Assembly (NCBI GenBank): GCA_028285495.1
Contig: JANQPB010000026.1
Span: forward strand, 1-64,000
DNA from: Acidimicrobiales bacterium
GTDB lineage: Bacteria > Actinomycetota > Acidimicrobiia > Acidimicrobiales > SZUA-35
Length of the DNA: 64,000 nucleotides
Direction: 5' to 3'
Of the stretch, positions 1 to 9,322 are shown one piece after another. The position numbers were made by a program, and so were the translations under genes. The notes under the pieces were generated by a model. That model was given only the letters and a program-made list of their open reading frames with translations. It made no database searches and was not told the origin of the DNA. Numbering within the stretch: the first letter of the stretch is position 1; each line of letters starts with the position of its first letter.

Positions 1-234
1 CGGCGACAGCTCGAACCCGGCGGCCTCGGCCGCCGACGGCGAGTCGAACCACACCTCGGGCACCGTCGCCCCGTAGTTCCGACTGTCGGGGCGGTGATAG
101 AGCTTGGAACCGTCGTCTCGGATGTTGCCTTTGACCGGATAGCAGACCGGCATCTCCCTGGCGTCGCTCAACGGCGCGTGAGACCCAGCGCCGAACGGAT
201 GCAGCTCGTCAGAGAGCCCGTGGTCGTCAGCCAT
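1..234 (-). CDS. hypothetical protein, N-terminal part only (gene runs off the window start); small Cys/Tyr/His motif CYPVKGN..KLYHRPDSRNYGAT..WFDS
   Basis: ATG at ~234 with AGGA 8 nt upstream; GC3 ~78% in frame; not in ORF track because truncated at edge. Confidence 0.4.
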   Translation of the reverse strand, partial: MADDHGLSDELHPFGAGSHAPLSDAREMPVCYPVKGNIRDDGSKLYHRPDSRNYGATVPEVWFDSPSAAEAAGFELSP

Positions 235-358
235 GACAGTCGTTTCCTTTGCGGTGAGGCGGCGAGGGGTGTGGCCTACCTTGTCTTTGGTCGCCCAGCG
301 GCCAGGACGCTAGTCGATGCAAACGGCGATATCTACAGTCTTGGCGAGGTGTTTTGGA

Positions 359-1570
359 TCAGGAACCTCCGAACCAGACGAGCATCAATTCGTCCAACGT
401 CCCGTCCCTTCCGATCTCGATGACGGCGGCGTTGACCTGCTCGAGACGATCGCTCCCGGAGGGCAATGCGATCCCGTACGGGTCCCGGCCGACCGGTGGC
501 TCGATGAGCAACAGGTCGTCGCCGCCGGCCCGGTTCAGGGCGTGGGCGAGGACCGGGGCGTCGAACACCACGGCGTCGACGTCACCGGACCGGAGGGCGG
601 CGATGGCGCCGTCGAGGTCGGACTCCTCCCGGGGGAGGACGCCGATCTCGGCCTGGAGGAAGGGCACCGTCGCCGTCGCCTCGACGGTTGCCACCGGCCG
701 GCCGGCGAGATCGTCGAGGCCGCCGATGTCGGCCTCGAGCTCGGCCACCGTGAGCACCGACGTGGCCCTGGCGGTCACGAAGGCCAGCAGGAACAGACCG
801 ACCAGCATCCAGAACACGGCGATCAGCCGGCTCAACGTGGTGTTGATGTTCTTGACCGCCTCGCCGCCGGTGATGACGCTGACCGTCGACCACCAGATCG
901 CCTCCCCGATCCCCTCGCGGTAGTCGAACGGGAAGTCGTCGGAGTCGTGGCCCCGCTCGAACCACCACACGAGGTGGGAGACGACCAGTACCAGCACCAC
1001 CAGCACGGCGAGCGGCACGACGAACGTGCCGCTGCCGACGAGGGCGGCCAGGGTGCGGAACGTGCCGGCGGTGCCCTCGTCCCGGACCACGATCTGCTGG
1101 CCCGAGATGTAGTAGGGCTGGCTGAAGTCGATGATGGCCTCGCGCTCCCGCGTGATCGAGATGCCGGCGATGGCGGCATCGACGTCACCGGCCTCGGCCG
1201 AGTCGATGATGTCGCCGACGGTCTCCTCGACCACCCACTCGGTCTCGACCCCGAGCCGCTCGGCCACCGCGTTCCAGTAGTCGATGCTGAACCCGCTCAA
1301 GGCATCGGCCTGGACAGGGCCCCGTGCGTCGCCCTCGACGAAGACGAACGGCTCCAACGGCTTGGTGCCGACGGTGAGGACCTCGGCATCGGCCTGGGCC
1401 CCGACCGGCCCGCCGGCCAGCACCATGCCGAGCGCCGCCACCGACACGGCGGACAGCAGCCAGCGGCCGAACCGCCACCGGTCGGCCCCGACCGGCCCGG
1501 CCGGGCGTGGCCGAGCGGGCGCGTCCGCCGCGCCTCGCTGTCGGCAGGTCGTCAACTCCTGTTCCGGCAT
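359..1570 (-). CDS. ligand-gated ion channel, solute-binding (SBP type 3) domain split by a 2-TM pore module (prokaryotic iGluR/GluR0-like architecture)
   Basis: N-terminal signal/TM, SBP lobe (GTKPLEPFVF..DFSQPYY), hydrophobic TM-pore-TM block (WWSTVSVITGGEAV), second SBP lobe (DAVVFDAPVL..). Confidence 0.75.
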   Translation of the reverse strand: MPEQELTTCRQRGAADAPARPRPAGPVGADRWRFGRWLLSAVSVAALGMVLAGGPVGAQADAEVLTVGTKPLEPFVFVEGDARGPVQADALSGFSIDYWNAVAERLGVETEWVVEETVGDIIDSAEAGDVDAAIAGISITREREAIIDFSQPYYISGQQIVVRDEGTAGTFRTLAALVGSGTFVVPLAVLVVLVLVVSHLVWWFERGHDSDDFPFDYREGIGEAIWWSTVSVITGGEAVKNINTTLSRLIAVFWMLVGLFLLAFVTARATSVLTVAELEADIGGLDDLAGRPVATVEATATVPFLQAEIGVLPREESDLDGAIAALRSGDVDAVVFDAPVLAHALNRAGGDDLLLIEPPVGRDPYGIALPSGSDRLEQVNAAVIEIGRDGTLDELMLVWFGGS

Positions 1571-1653
1571 CGGGTGCGATCGTAGTGTTCAACCCGACCG
1601 GCCCCGCACTGCCGGTCGCCCGGGTCGTCGTCGCCGAGCGCCGGGCGGGCCAC

Positions 1654-2134
1654 TCACCGGAGGACGGCGTCGATCGTCAGGTTCTGGTCGCCGGCCGACA
1701 CGCACACGAACCGCTGGAGACACTGCCCGCCGCCCTCGAAGCCGGAGCCGCTCGGCGCGATGAACACCACCACGTGGCAGCCGGCGGCGACGGTGAAGCC
1801 GTACCGGCCCGAGCCCTCGCTTGTCGTCGATCCGAGCCAAGCCGACCGTGAGCCGTCGGCGGCCCGCAGGCCTCGGGAGAACATGTGGGGCGCCGAAGTC
1901 CCCCTTCTCGCTCAGGTCGTCGTACATCGTGATCTCGTACTGCCCGATGAAGTCGGTGATGCCGATCGAGCGCCGGCCCACGCCGTCGAGGGTGAAGTCC
2001 TGGCCGAACGGCCCTGGTAGCTGCTGCCGTCGCCGCGGCGACGGGGGCGACGAGGGCGACCGGAGCGAGACCGGGGCCCGTCCGGCGGCGTCGACGGGCG
2101 GGCGGGCGGGCGATGCCGCCGTGGCGCTCATCGG
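1654..2134 (-). pseudogene. hypothetical protein with interrupted reading frame (frameshift at C5/G5 homopolymer ~1895-1905)
   Basis: Two consecutive minus-strand frames both show near 100% GC3: frame A (..GITDFIGQYEITMYDDLSEKG..) and frame B (MFSRGLRAADGSRSAWLGSTTSEGSGRYGFTVAAGCHVVVF..). A single-base change in the G5 run joins them. Confidence 0.4.
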
Positions 2135-2592
2135 TCGACCTCCGCCCGCAGCACGGTCTCGGCCGTCAGGTCGACCCACGTGAGGAGCTCCGGCCTGGCC
2201 ACGTGGTCGACGTGGGAGCTGACGTCGGCCACGCGGCTGTCGTGGTGCGTGCCGTCCGACTCGACCGACAGGATGACGAACCCCTCGAGCTGATCGATCC
2301 GGTCGCCGCCGACCGCCTCGCAGTGGGACCTGGCCACCTCGGTGGCCCGGTGCTTCTCGTCGACGGCGAGCGGCGGCTGGTCGGCGCCGGCCGGTCGGCT
2401 GACGACCTCGACGACCCGTGAGTCCCGCCCGTGGGCCTCGACGGTTGCCGACCGGTCGTGGCTGTGGAGCAGGACGAGCGTGGCCGCCTGGTCACCCTGG
2501 TCCGAGCCGGGCACGATCTCGTCGTCGGTCACGCTGATCAGCGTGTGGCGGTCGCCGATGGCCGAGGCCACCTCGGGAGCGGCGATGGCCAC
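2128..2592 (-). CDS. hypothetical protein (weak metallophosphoesterase-like His/Asp motifs); start may lie upstream
   Basis: Strong GC3 periodicity on minus frame; acidic/His-rich sequence LVLLHSHDRSATVEAHG, ESDGTHHDS; the same-phase plus-strand ORF looks like antisense junk. Confidence 0.35.
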   Translation of the reverse strand: MAIAAPEVASAIGDRHTLISVTDDEIVPGSDQGDQAATLVLLHSHDRSATVEAHGRDSRVVEVVSRPAGADQPPLAVDEKHRATEVARSHCEAVGGDRIDQLEGFVILSVESDGTHHDSRVADVSSHVDHVARPELLTWVDLTAETVLRAEVDR

Positions 2593-2684
2593 GTCGATGG
2601 CGGCGCCGGCCGCGGCGGCAGGGGCGTCGGTTCCGTGACCGGGCGACAGTGCTCAGGTTGGAGGGACGGCGACGACGTCGGCGC

Positions 2685-3503
2685 TCAGCGGCGGCGAGCG
2701 GCCCCGAGGGTCACGCCGCCGTCGACGACCAGGACCTGCCCGGTGATGTAGCGGGCCCGGTCCGAGCAGAGGAAGACGACGGCGTTGCCGATGTCCCAGC
2801 CGGTGCCCTCGATGCCGAGCGGCGAGGCCCGGCGACGGCGATCGCGGAGCTCGTCCGACATGCCGTGGCCGTAGACCATCGGGGTGTAGACGGGCCCGGG
2901 TGCGACGCAGTTGACCCGGATGCCGTCGGCCGCGTGGTCGACGGCCATGGCCCGGGTCAACGAGATGACCGCCCCCTTCGACGTCGAGTAGGCGGTGAGC
3001 TGCGATGGTCGCATCGCCGCGATCGAGGCGATGTTGACGATCGCCCCGCCACTCGAGTCCGGTCCCCCGTCGAGCATCGCCGGGATCGCGTGCCGGGCCA
3101 TGAGGAACATCGAGTCGACGTTGACCTGCATGACCCTGGACCAGCGGCCGGGGTCCTCGTCGACGACCGAGCCCCGGCTCCCGATGCCGACGTTGTTGTC
3201 GAGCACGTCGAGCCGACCCCAGGCATCGACCGCGGCGGCCACGATCCGCTCGCAGTCGGCCTCGACGGTCACGTCGCCGACGAACGGCGCCGCCTCGCCG
3301 CCCTCGTCGTCGATCATGGCCACCGTGCGGGCCGCCGCCGTCTCGTCGCGGTCGACGACCAGGACCCGGGCCCCGGCCCGGGCCAGCAGGATGGCGGCGG
3401 CCCGACCGTTCCCGATGCCGTCGTCGAGGGCGCCGGCACCGGTGACGATCGCCACCCGGTGGCGGAGGCCGTCCGGGTCGTCCGGGTCCGGGCTGGCCTC
3501 CAC
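2685..3503 (-). CDS. SDR family NAD(P)-dependent oxidoreductase
   Basis: VAIVTGAGxxxGIG Rossmann motif, NNVG, YxxxK region (YSTSKGAV); start trimmed to GTG to avoid overlap with upstream gene. Confidence 0.85.
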   Translation of the reverse strand: MEASPDPDDPDGLRHRVAIVTGAGALDDGIGNGRAAAILLARAGARVLVVDRDETAAARTVAMIDDEGGEAAPFVGDVTVEADCERIVAAAVDAWGRLDVLDNNVGIGSRGSVVDEDPGRWSRVMQVNVDSMFLMARHAIPAMLDGGPDSSGGAIVNIASIAAMRPSQLTAYSTSKGAVISLTRAMAVDHAADGIRVNCVAPGPVYTPMVYGHGMSDELRDRRRRASPLGIEGTGWDIGNAVVFLCSDRARYITGQVLVVDGGVTLGAARRR

Positions 3504-3520
3504 CGGCTCGTCGGTCCCGC

Positions 3521-4396
3521 TCAGGCCTTGGCCGCGACGCCGGCGATGGCGCCGGTGATCTCGCCCCACAGGGGCTCGGGCAGGTCGTGCCCCATCTCGT
3601 CGAGCACCAGCAGCTCGGCTCCGGGGACCGCCTTGGCCGTCGCCTCGCCACCGGACACGGCGATCAGCGGGTCGACGGCGCCGTGGATCACCAGCGTCGG
3701 TGCGGTGACCGAGCCGAGGCGCTCGGTCCGATCGCCGGTCTTGGCGATGGCCGCCATCTGGAACGGCGCGCCGCCGGGATGGAAGGAGCGGTCGAAGGCC
3801 TCGGTCATCCGGACCCGGGCCCGGTCCTCGTCGAACAGGGGTCCGGCGATCAGCCGGCCGAGGGTGACGCCGCGCTCGATGGCGCCCTCCCGATCGGTCG
3901 GCGGCGGGGTGATCAGCGCCGTCATCGCCTCCGGCTTGGCCTGGCCGACCTCGGGGTTGCCGGTGGTCGACATGATCGACGTCATCGACCGGACCCGCTC
4001 GGGATGCTCGATGGCGAGCATCTGCACGATCATGCCCCCCATCGAGGCGCCGACCACATGAGCGGACTCCGCCCCGACCGCATCGAGCACGGCGACGGCG
4101 TCGAGGGCCATGTCGGACAGCGTGTAGGGCACCTCGCTGGTGATCCCACCCCCGGACTGGGCCTGGGCCAGCAGGGCGAACAGGTTCGGCGGCTCACCGT
4201 CGGTCTTCGAGCTCAGACCGCAGTCGCGATTGTCGAAGCGGACGACGTGGTGGCCGTCGTCGACCAGGCGCTGGCAGAAGCCCTCCTCCCAGGCGGTCAT
4301 CTGGGCGGTGAAGCCCATGACGAGGAGGACGGTGGGGTCGGCCGGGTCGCCGAACGTGTCGTACTCGAGCTTGACGCCGTCGTTGTCGGCCGTTGG
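3521..4396 (-). CDS. alpha/beta hydrolase fold protein
   Basis: HVVRFDNRDCGLS, nucleophile elbow GASMGG, C-terminal HGAVD..GH catalytic residues; start placed at GTG after GGAG-like SD (ORF extends to 4492). Confidence 0.8.
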   Translation of the reverse strand, partial: PTADNDGVKLEYDTFGDPADPTVLLVMGFTAQMTAWEEGFCQRLVDDGHHVVRFDNRDCGLSSKTDGEPPNLFALLAQAQSGGGITSEVPYTLSDMALDAVAVLDAVGAESAHVVGASMGGMIVQMLAIEHPERVRSMTSIMSTTGNPEVGQAKPEAMTALITPPPTDREGAIERGVTLGRLIAGPLFDEDRARVRMTEAFDRSFHPGGAPFQMAAIAKTGDRTERLGSVTAPTLVIHGAVDPLIAVSGGEATAKAVPGAELLVLDEMGHDLPEPLWGEITGAIAGVAAKA

Positions 4397-4578
4397 CACC
4401 GGTACCGCTCCGTTCTCCCGGGTTCGGCCGGGATTCGTCGATGGGGTCGCCCGTCCGAGCGACGTTAGCGAGCGCCGGCACCGGCGCGCCAAGCCGCAGC
4501 GAGCGCCACGACGGCCATCGGCTGACCATCCGAGACCACCGCCTGGCGGGCCGGGAACCGGCGATGGGGGGCCAGATG

Positions 4579-4630
4579 AGCGCCACCCGAGCTCCAGGTG
4601 GGCTCCAGGTGAGCTCCAGGTGAGCTCCAG
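4579..4630. repeat. short tandem repeat, ~11-bp unit (R)GCTCCAGGTG x4
   Basis: Direct tandem copies gagctccaggtg/ggctccaggtg seen in intergenic region upstream of aqpZ. Confidence 0.6.
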
Positions 4631-4729
4631 GTGAGATGGTAACGATCCGCCTGGCCGATGGGTCTATGCAGTCGACGGAGGATCGATCGCAGCGAGAGTC
4701 GGTCGGTCTCTGACCAAAGGGGAAATGCG

Positions 4730-5539
4730 ATGCGTAACGCAAAGCTGTTCGCCGCCGAATTGATCGGGACCATGATCCTGATGCTCGGCGGCCCGGGCAC
4801 GGCCGTGCTGGTACCCGGATTCGACGGCAAGCTGACCATGGTGGCACTCGGATTCGGGTTCGCCCTCCTGATCGCGGCCTATGCCGTCGGCCCGATCTCC
4901 GGCTGCCACATCAATCCGGCGGTGACCCTCGGCATGGCCGTGATGCGAAAGATCGAGATGGCGCTCGTACCCATCTACTGGGCCGCCCAGATCCTCGGCG
5001 CCATCCTCGGTGGCTTCATCATCTGGATCATCGCCCGGGGCCAGGCCGGCGGGTTCGACGCCGACCCGGCCAACTTCGCCACCAACCTCTGGGGTGAGGA
5101 GAACGGGTTCTTCAGCTTCGGGGCGATGGCGGTCACCGAGATCGTCCTGACGGCGGTGCTGATGTTCGTGGTGCTCAGCACCACCTCGAAGCGGTTCCCG
5201 GCGGCGATGGGCGGCCTGGCCGTCGGCATCACGCTCGCCCTCATCCACTTCATCAGCATCCCGGTCGACAACACCTCGGTGAACCCGGCCAGGAGCCTCG
5301 GCATGGCCGTGTTCGCCGGCGGTGACGCGATGACCCAGCTGTGGGCCTTCATCGTGTTCCCGCTGATCGGTGCGGTCGTCGGCGTCCTGCTGTGGCTGGC
5401 GGTCGACGACGCCAGCATCGAGGACACGGTGCTCGGCCAGAGCGACGCCCTCGTCGAGGTCCGTGACGCTGCGGCCGGTGCCGCCGGTGCCGTCGGCGGG
5501 GCGGCCGAGCGGGCCACCGGGGCCACCGATCGGAGCTGA
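4730..5539 (+). CDS. aqpZ: aquaporin Z (MIP family water channel)
   Basis: Two NPA boxes (HINPAVT, NPARS), six TM pattern, MRNAKLFAAELIGT N-terminus typical of AqpZ. Confidence 0.9.
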   Translation: MRNAKLFAAELIGTMILMLGGPGTAVLVPGFDGKLTMVALGFGFALLIAAYAVGPISGCHINPAVTLGMAVMRKIEMALVPIYWAAQILGAILGGFIIWIIARGQAGGFDADPANFATNLWGEENGFFSFGAMAVTEIVLTAVLMFVVLSTTSKRFPAAMGGLAVGITLALIHFISIPVDNTSVNPARSLGMAVFAGGDAMTQLWAFIVFPLIGAVVGVLLWLAVDDASIEDTVLGQSDALVEVRDAAAGAAGAVGGAAERATGATDRS

Positions 5540-5718
5540 CGGCAACCGACTCGCCGGCCCTTGCGCCGCCGACATGCGGGGTCCGACCAGGCGGCCGGCG
5601 CGGCCGCGGTCGGGCTCCGCTGTGCGTCTGAGCTCCGACATCGACCGGCCCGGCACCCGTCCGGCGACGGTCCCGTATTGGCCCCTTCGGTCGCCGGATG
5701 CCGCAGTAGCCTGGCCTC

Positions 5719-8538
5719 ATGAGTTCCGACACACCCGCTCATCGCTACGACGCCGCGCTGGCGGGCGAGATCGAGCTCCGGTGGCAGCAGCGGTGGCGTG
5801 ACGACCGCACCTACGAGACCGCCAACCCGACCGGCGTGCTCACCACCGGGCACCGGCCCGAGGGCGAGAGCCGCAAGCTCTTCGTGATGGACATGTTCCC
5901 CTACCCCTCGGGGGCGGGCTTGCACGTCGGCCACCCCCTCGGCTTCATCGGAACCGATGTCTACGCCCGCTACAAGCGGATGACCGGCCACCACGTGCTG
6001 CACACGATGGGCTTCGACGCGTTCGGCCTGCCGGCCGAAGAGCACGCCCGCCAGACCGGCACCCACCCCCGCGACAACACCGAGGCCAACATCGCCACCT
6101 ACCGGCGGCAGCTGACCCGCCTCGGCCTCGGCCACGATCCCCGCCGCGGGGTGTCGACCACCGACGTGGCCTACTACCGGTGGACGCAGTGGATCTTCCT
6201 GCAGATCTTCAACAGCTGGTACGACGCCGAAGCCGACCGGGCCAGGCCGATCGCCGAGCTGGAGGCCGCCTTCGCCGACGGCTCCCGGCCGACGTCGGAC
6301 GGGCGCCCCTGGGCCCAGCTGTCGCCGACCGAGCGGCGGCGCCTGATCAACGACCACCGACTGGCCTACGTCGACGAGGCCCCGGTCAACTGGTGCCCCG
6401 GGCTCGGCACCGTTCTGGCCAACGAGGAGGTGACGGCAGACGGTCGAAGCGAGCGGGGCAACCACCCGGTGTTCCGCCGGCCGCTGAAGCAGTGGATGAT
6501 GCGGATCACGGCCTACGCCGATCGGCTGATCGCCGACCTCGACCGGCTGGAGTGGCCCGAGCCGATCAAGATCATGCAGCGCAACTGGATCGGCCGATCC
6601 GACGGCGCCAGCGTCGACTTCCCGGCCGGTGCCGACGGCGGCGCCGCCATCACCGTGTTCACCACCAGGCCGGACACCCTGTTCGGCGCCACCTACATGG
6701 TCCTGGCCCCCGAGCACCCGCTGGTCGACGACCTGGTCGCCGACGCCTGGCCGGACGGCACGAACCCGAGCTGGACCGGCGGCGCAGCCACGCCGGCCGA
6801 GGCGGTTGCGGCCTACCGGGAGGCGGCCGCCCAGAAGTCGGAGCTCGACCGCCAGGAGAACAGGGAGAAGACGGGCGTCTTCATCGGCGCAACCGCAACC
6901 AACCCGGTGAACGGTGAGCCGATCCCGGTCTTCATCGCCGACTACGTGCTGATGGGGTACGGCACCGGTGCCATCATGGCCGTCCCCGGCCAGGACGAGC
7001 GCGACTGGGAGTTCGCCGAGGCGTTCGACCTGCCGATCGTCCGCACCGTCGAGCCGCCGGACGGCTTCGACGGGAAGGCCTACGTCGGCGATGGTCCGGC
7101 GATCAACTCGTCGTTCCTCGACGGACTCGAGGTCGACGCGGCCAAGGCCCGGATCATCGAGTGGCTGGAGGCGGAGGGCCACGGCCACGGCACGGTCACG
7201 TACAAGCTGCGAGACTGGCTGTTCAGCCGTCAGCGGTACTGGGGCGAGCCGTTCCCGATCGTCTACGGCGACGACGGCGAGCCGAGGGCGGTGCCCGAGG
7301 AGGCGCTGCCGGTCGAGCTGCCCGAGCTGATCGACTGGGCGCCGCGGGCCCTCGACGTCGACAGCGCGCCCGAGCCCCCGCTCGGCCGGGCCGAGCACTG
7401 GACCACGGTCGAGCTCGATCTGGGCGACGGCCCCCGCACCTACCAGCGAGAGCTGAACACGATGCCCCAGTGGGCCGGGTCGTGCTGGTACTACCTGCGC
7501 TACCTCGACCCGACCAACGAGAACGAGATGGTCGACCCCAGGGTCGAGCAGTACTGGCTCGGCGACCCCGATGGCCGGGTCGGCGGCGTCGACCTCTACA
7601 TCGGTGGCGTCGAGCACGCGGTGCTGCACCTTCTCTATGCGCGGTTCTGGCACAAGGTGCTGTACGACCTCGGCCACGTGTCCGGCCCCGAGCCGTTCCA
7701 GCGGCTGTTCAACCAGGGCTACATCCAGGCCTACGCCTACCAGGACGACCGCGGCATCTACGTCGACGCCGACCGGGTGGTCGAGCGCGACGGCCGCTTC
7801 GTCTTCGGCGACGGGCCCGACGCCGCCGAGGTGTTCCGCTCCTACGGGAAGATGGGCAAGAGCCTGAAGAACTCGGTCACCCCGGACGACATGTACACCG
7901 AGTACGGGGCCGACACGCTGCGGCTGCACGAGATGTTCATGGGCCCGCTCGACCAGGACCGGGTGTGGGACACCACAGCCGTCGTCGGCTCCCATCGACT
8001 ACTGCAGCGGGTCTGGCGCAACGTCGTCGACGAGGAGAGCGACGCCGTGGTCGTCAGCGACGAGCCGGCCGGCGACGAGCTGCGGCGCCTGCTGCACCGC
8101 ACGATCGCCGAGGTCGGCGCCGACATGGACGGCCTGCGGTTCAACACGGCGATCGCCAAGATCACCGAGCTGAACAACCAGCTGACCAAGGCCGACGGCC
8201 CGACTCCCCGCGAGGTGGCCGAGCCGCTCGTGCTGATGCTGGCGCCCCTGGTGCCCCACATCGCCGAGGAGCTCTGGCAGCGACTGGGCCACGACGAGTC
8301 GGTGGTCTACCGGCCGTTCCCGTCGGCCGACCCGGCGCTGCTGGTCGACGACACGATCGAGATCCCGGTGCAGGTCAACGGCAAGGTCCGGGCCCGGGTG
8401 ACCGTGGCCGCCGATGCCGACGAGGCGGCGATGCGGGCCGCAGCCCTCGGCGATCCCAAGGTGGCCGAGCAACTCGGCGGCGACGAGCCCCGCAAGGTCA
8501 TCGTGGTGCCAAACAAGCTGGTCAACGTCGTCGTGTGA
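5719..8538 (+). CDS. leuS: leucine--tRNA ligase
   Basis: Class I aaRS HIGH-type motif ([13 protein letters not shown]), KMSKS (KMGKSLKN), full-length LeuS-like 939 aa; opposite-strand 1006-aa ORF is antisense artefact. Confidence 0.97.
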   Translation: MSSDTPAHRYDAALAGEIELRWQQRWRDDRTYETANPTGVLTTGHRPEGESRKLFVMDMFPYPSGAGLHVGHPLGFIGTDVYARYKRMTGHHVLHTMGFDAFGLPAEEHARQTGTHPRDNTEANIATYRRQLTRLGLGHDPRRGVSTTDVAYYRWTQWIFLQIFNSWYDAEADRARPIAELEAAFADGSRPTSDGRPWAQLSPTERRRLINDHRLAYVDEAPVNWCPGLGTVLANEEVTADGRSERGNHPVFRRPLKQWMMRITAYADRLIADLDRLEWPEPIKIMQRNWIGRSDGASVDFPAGADGGAAITVFTTRPDTLFGATYMVLAPEHPLVDDLVADAWPDGTNPSWTGGAATPAEAVAAYREAAAQKSELDRQENREKTGVFIGATATNPVNGEPIPVFIADYVLMGYGTGAIMAVPGQDERDWEFAEAFDLPIVRTVEPPDGFDGKAYVGDGPAINSSFLDGLEVDAAKARIIEWLEAEGHGHGTVTYKLRDWLFSRQRYWGEPFPIVYGDDGEPRAVPEEALPVELPELIDWAPRALDVDSAPEPPLGRAEHWTTVELDLGDGPRTYQRELNTMPQWAGSCWYYLRYLDPTNENEMVDPRVEQYWLGDPDGRVGGVDLYIGGVEHAVLHLLYARFWHKVLYDLGHVSGPEPFQRLFNQGYIQAYAYQDDRGIYVDADRVVERDGRFVFGDGPDAAEVFRSYGKMGKSLKNSVTPDDMYTEYGADTLRLHEMFMGPLDQDRVWDTTAVVGSHRLLQRVWRNVVDEESDAVVVSDEPAGDELRRLLHRTIAEVGADMDGLRFNTAIAKITELNNQLTKADGPTPREVAEPLVLMLAPLVPHIAEELWQRLGHDESVVYRPFPSADPALLVDDTIEIPVQVNGKVRARVTVAADADEAAMRAAALGDPKVAEQLGGDEPRKVIVVPNKLVNVVV

Positions 8539-8560
8539 CGGCCGACGGCCGTCACCCCGA

Positions 8561-8579
8561 GTCTCGCCTGTGGCGAGAC
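8561..8579. terminator. GC-rich hairpin between convergent leuS and regulator gene (putative bidirectional terminator, no U-tract)
   Basis: gtctcgcc-tgt-ggcgagac, 8-bp perfect stem 23 nt after leuS stop. Confidence 0.35.
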
Positions 8580-8595
8580 GTCGGCTGGGACGGCG

Positions 8596-9243
8596 TCATG
8601 CCTCCTCGATGCGGTAGACGCAGCGCTGGTCGCCGGAGAGCAGGTGCTGCTCGCGGGTGACGGTGATGTCGGCGCCGAGCACCTCCTGGAACAGCTCGAG
8701 CTCGGACCGGCACAGGGCCTGGCAGGACGTGGCCGCGTCGCAGATCGGGCAGTGGTGCTCGATGAGCAGCCGGCCCCGGCCGTCGTCGGCGTCGACCACC
8801 TCGGCCATGTAGCCCTCGTCGGATCGGATCTCGGCCAGGCCGGCGAGCGGATCGGCCCGGTCCGCCAGCCTCGTGCGGTAGTCGGCGGTCTGCTCGACGG
8901 TCCTGGCGGCGATGACCGCATCGAGGCCGACCTCGCCGACCGCAGTCCGGATCGACTCGATCAGCGACACGGTGAGGTCGGCGTGACGGTCGGGGAACAG
9001 GTCGGCGGCCAGGTCGGTCAGCGACCACTCGACCGGCGGGCGACCGGCACCGCTGCTGGCCCGAGGTGAGGACCGGACGAGGCCATGATCGGCCAGGTCG
9101 TTGAGGTGCAGGCGGATCGCCTCGGCGGTGAGGCCGAAGCGGTCGGCCAGCTCGGGCCCGGTGTGGGCCCGGCGCTTGAGCACGTCGACGATGCGGCGCT
9201 TGGCCGAGCTGAGCTGGGGTGCGGAGCGCGGGTCATCGGCCAC
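8596..9243 (-). CDS. HTH transcriptional regulator (ArsR/DeoR-type wing-helix N-terminus) with C-terminal Cys-rich metal/Fe-S-type sensing domain (SufR-like)
   Basis: N-terminal RRIVDVLKRRAHTGPELADRFGLTAEAIRLHLNDLADHGLV HTH; C-terminal HHCPICDAATSCQALC..RCVY cysteine cluster. Confidence 0.7.
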   Translation of the reverse strand: MADDPRSAPQLSSAKRRIVDVLKRRAHTGPELADRFGLTAEAIRLHLNDLADHGLVRSSPRASSGAGRPPVEWSLTDLAADLFPDRHADLTVSLIESIRTAVGEVGLDAVIAARTVEQTADYRTRLADRADPLAGLAEIRSDEGYMAEVVDADDGRGRLLIEHHCPICDAATSCQALCRSELELFQEVLGADITVTREQHLLSGDQRCVYRIEEA

Positions 9244-9322
9244 GTCGACACCGTAGCGAGCGTCGATCTATTTGCCAAGTCATGACTTGACAAATAGGGC
9301 TCGGACGATCGACGATGCGGTC

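Noticed and set aside
94-1585. Plus-strand ORFs 94..423, 317..1585, 354..923
   Set aside because: They are antisense or off-frame to the SBP-channel gene and the edge gene. The composition is Arg/Pro/Gly-dominated.
4975-7995. 1006-aa ORF antisense to leuS
   Set aside because: Arg/Gly/Val-rich translation with no motifs. It is the shared-GC3 antisense frame of a confidently identified LeuS gene.
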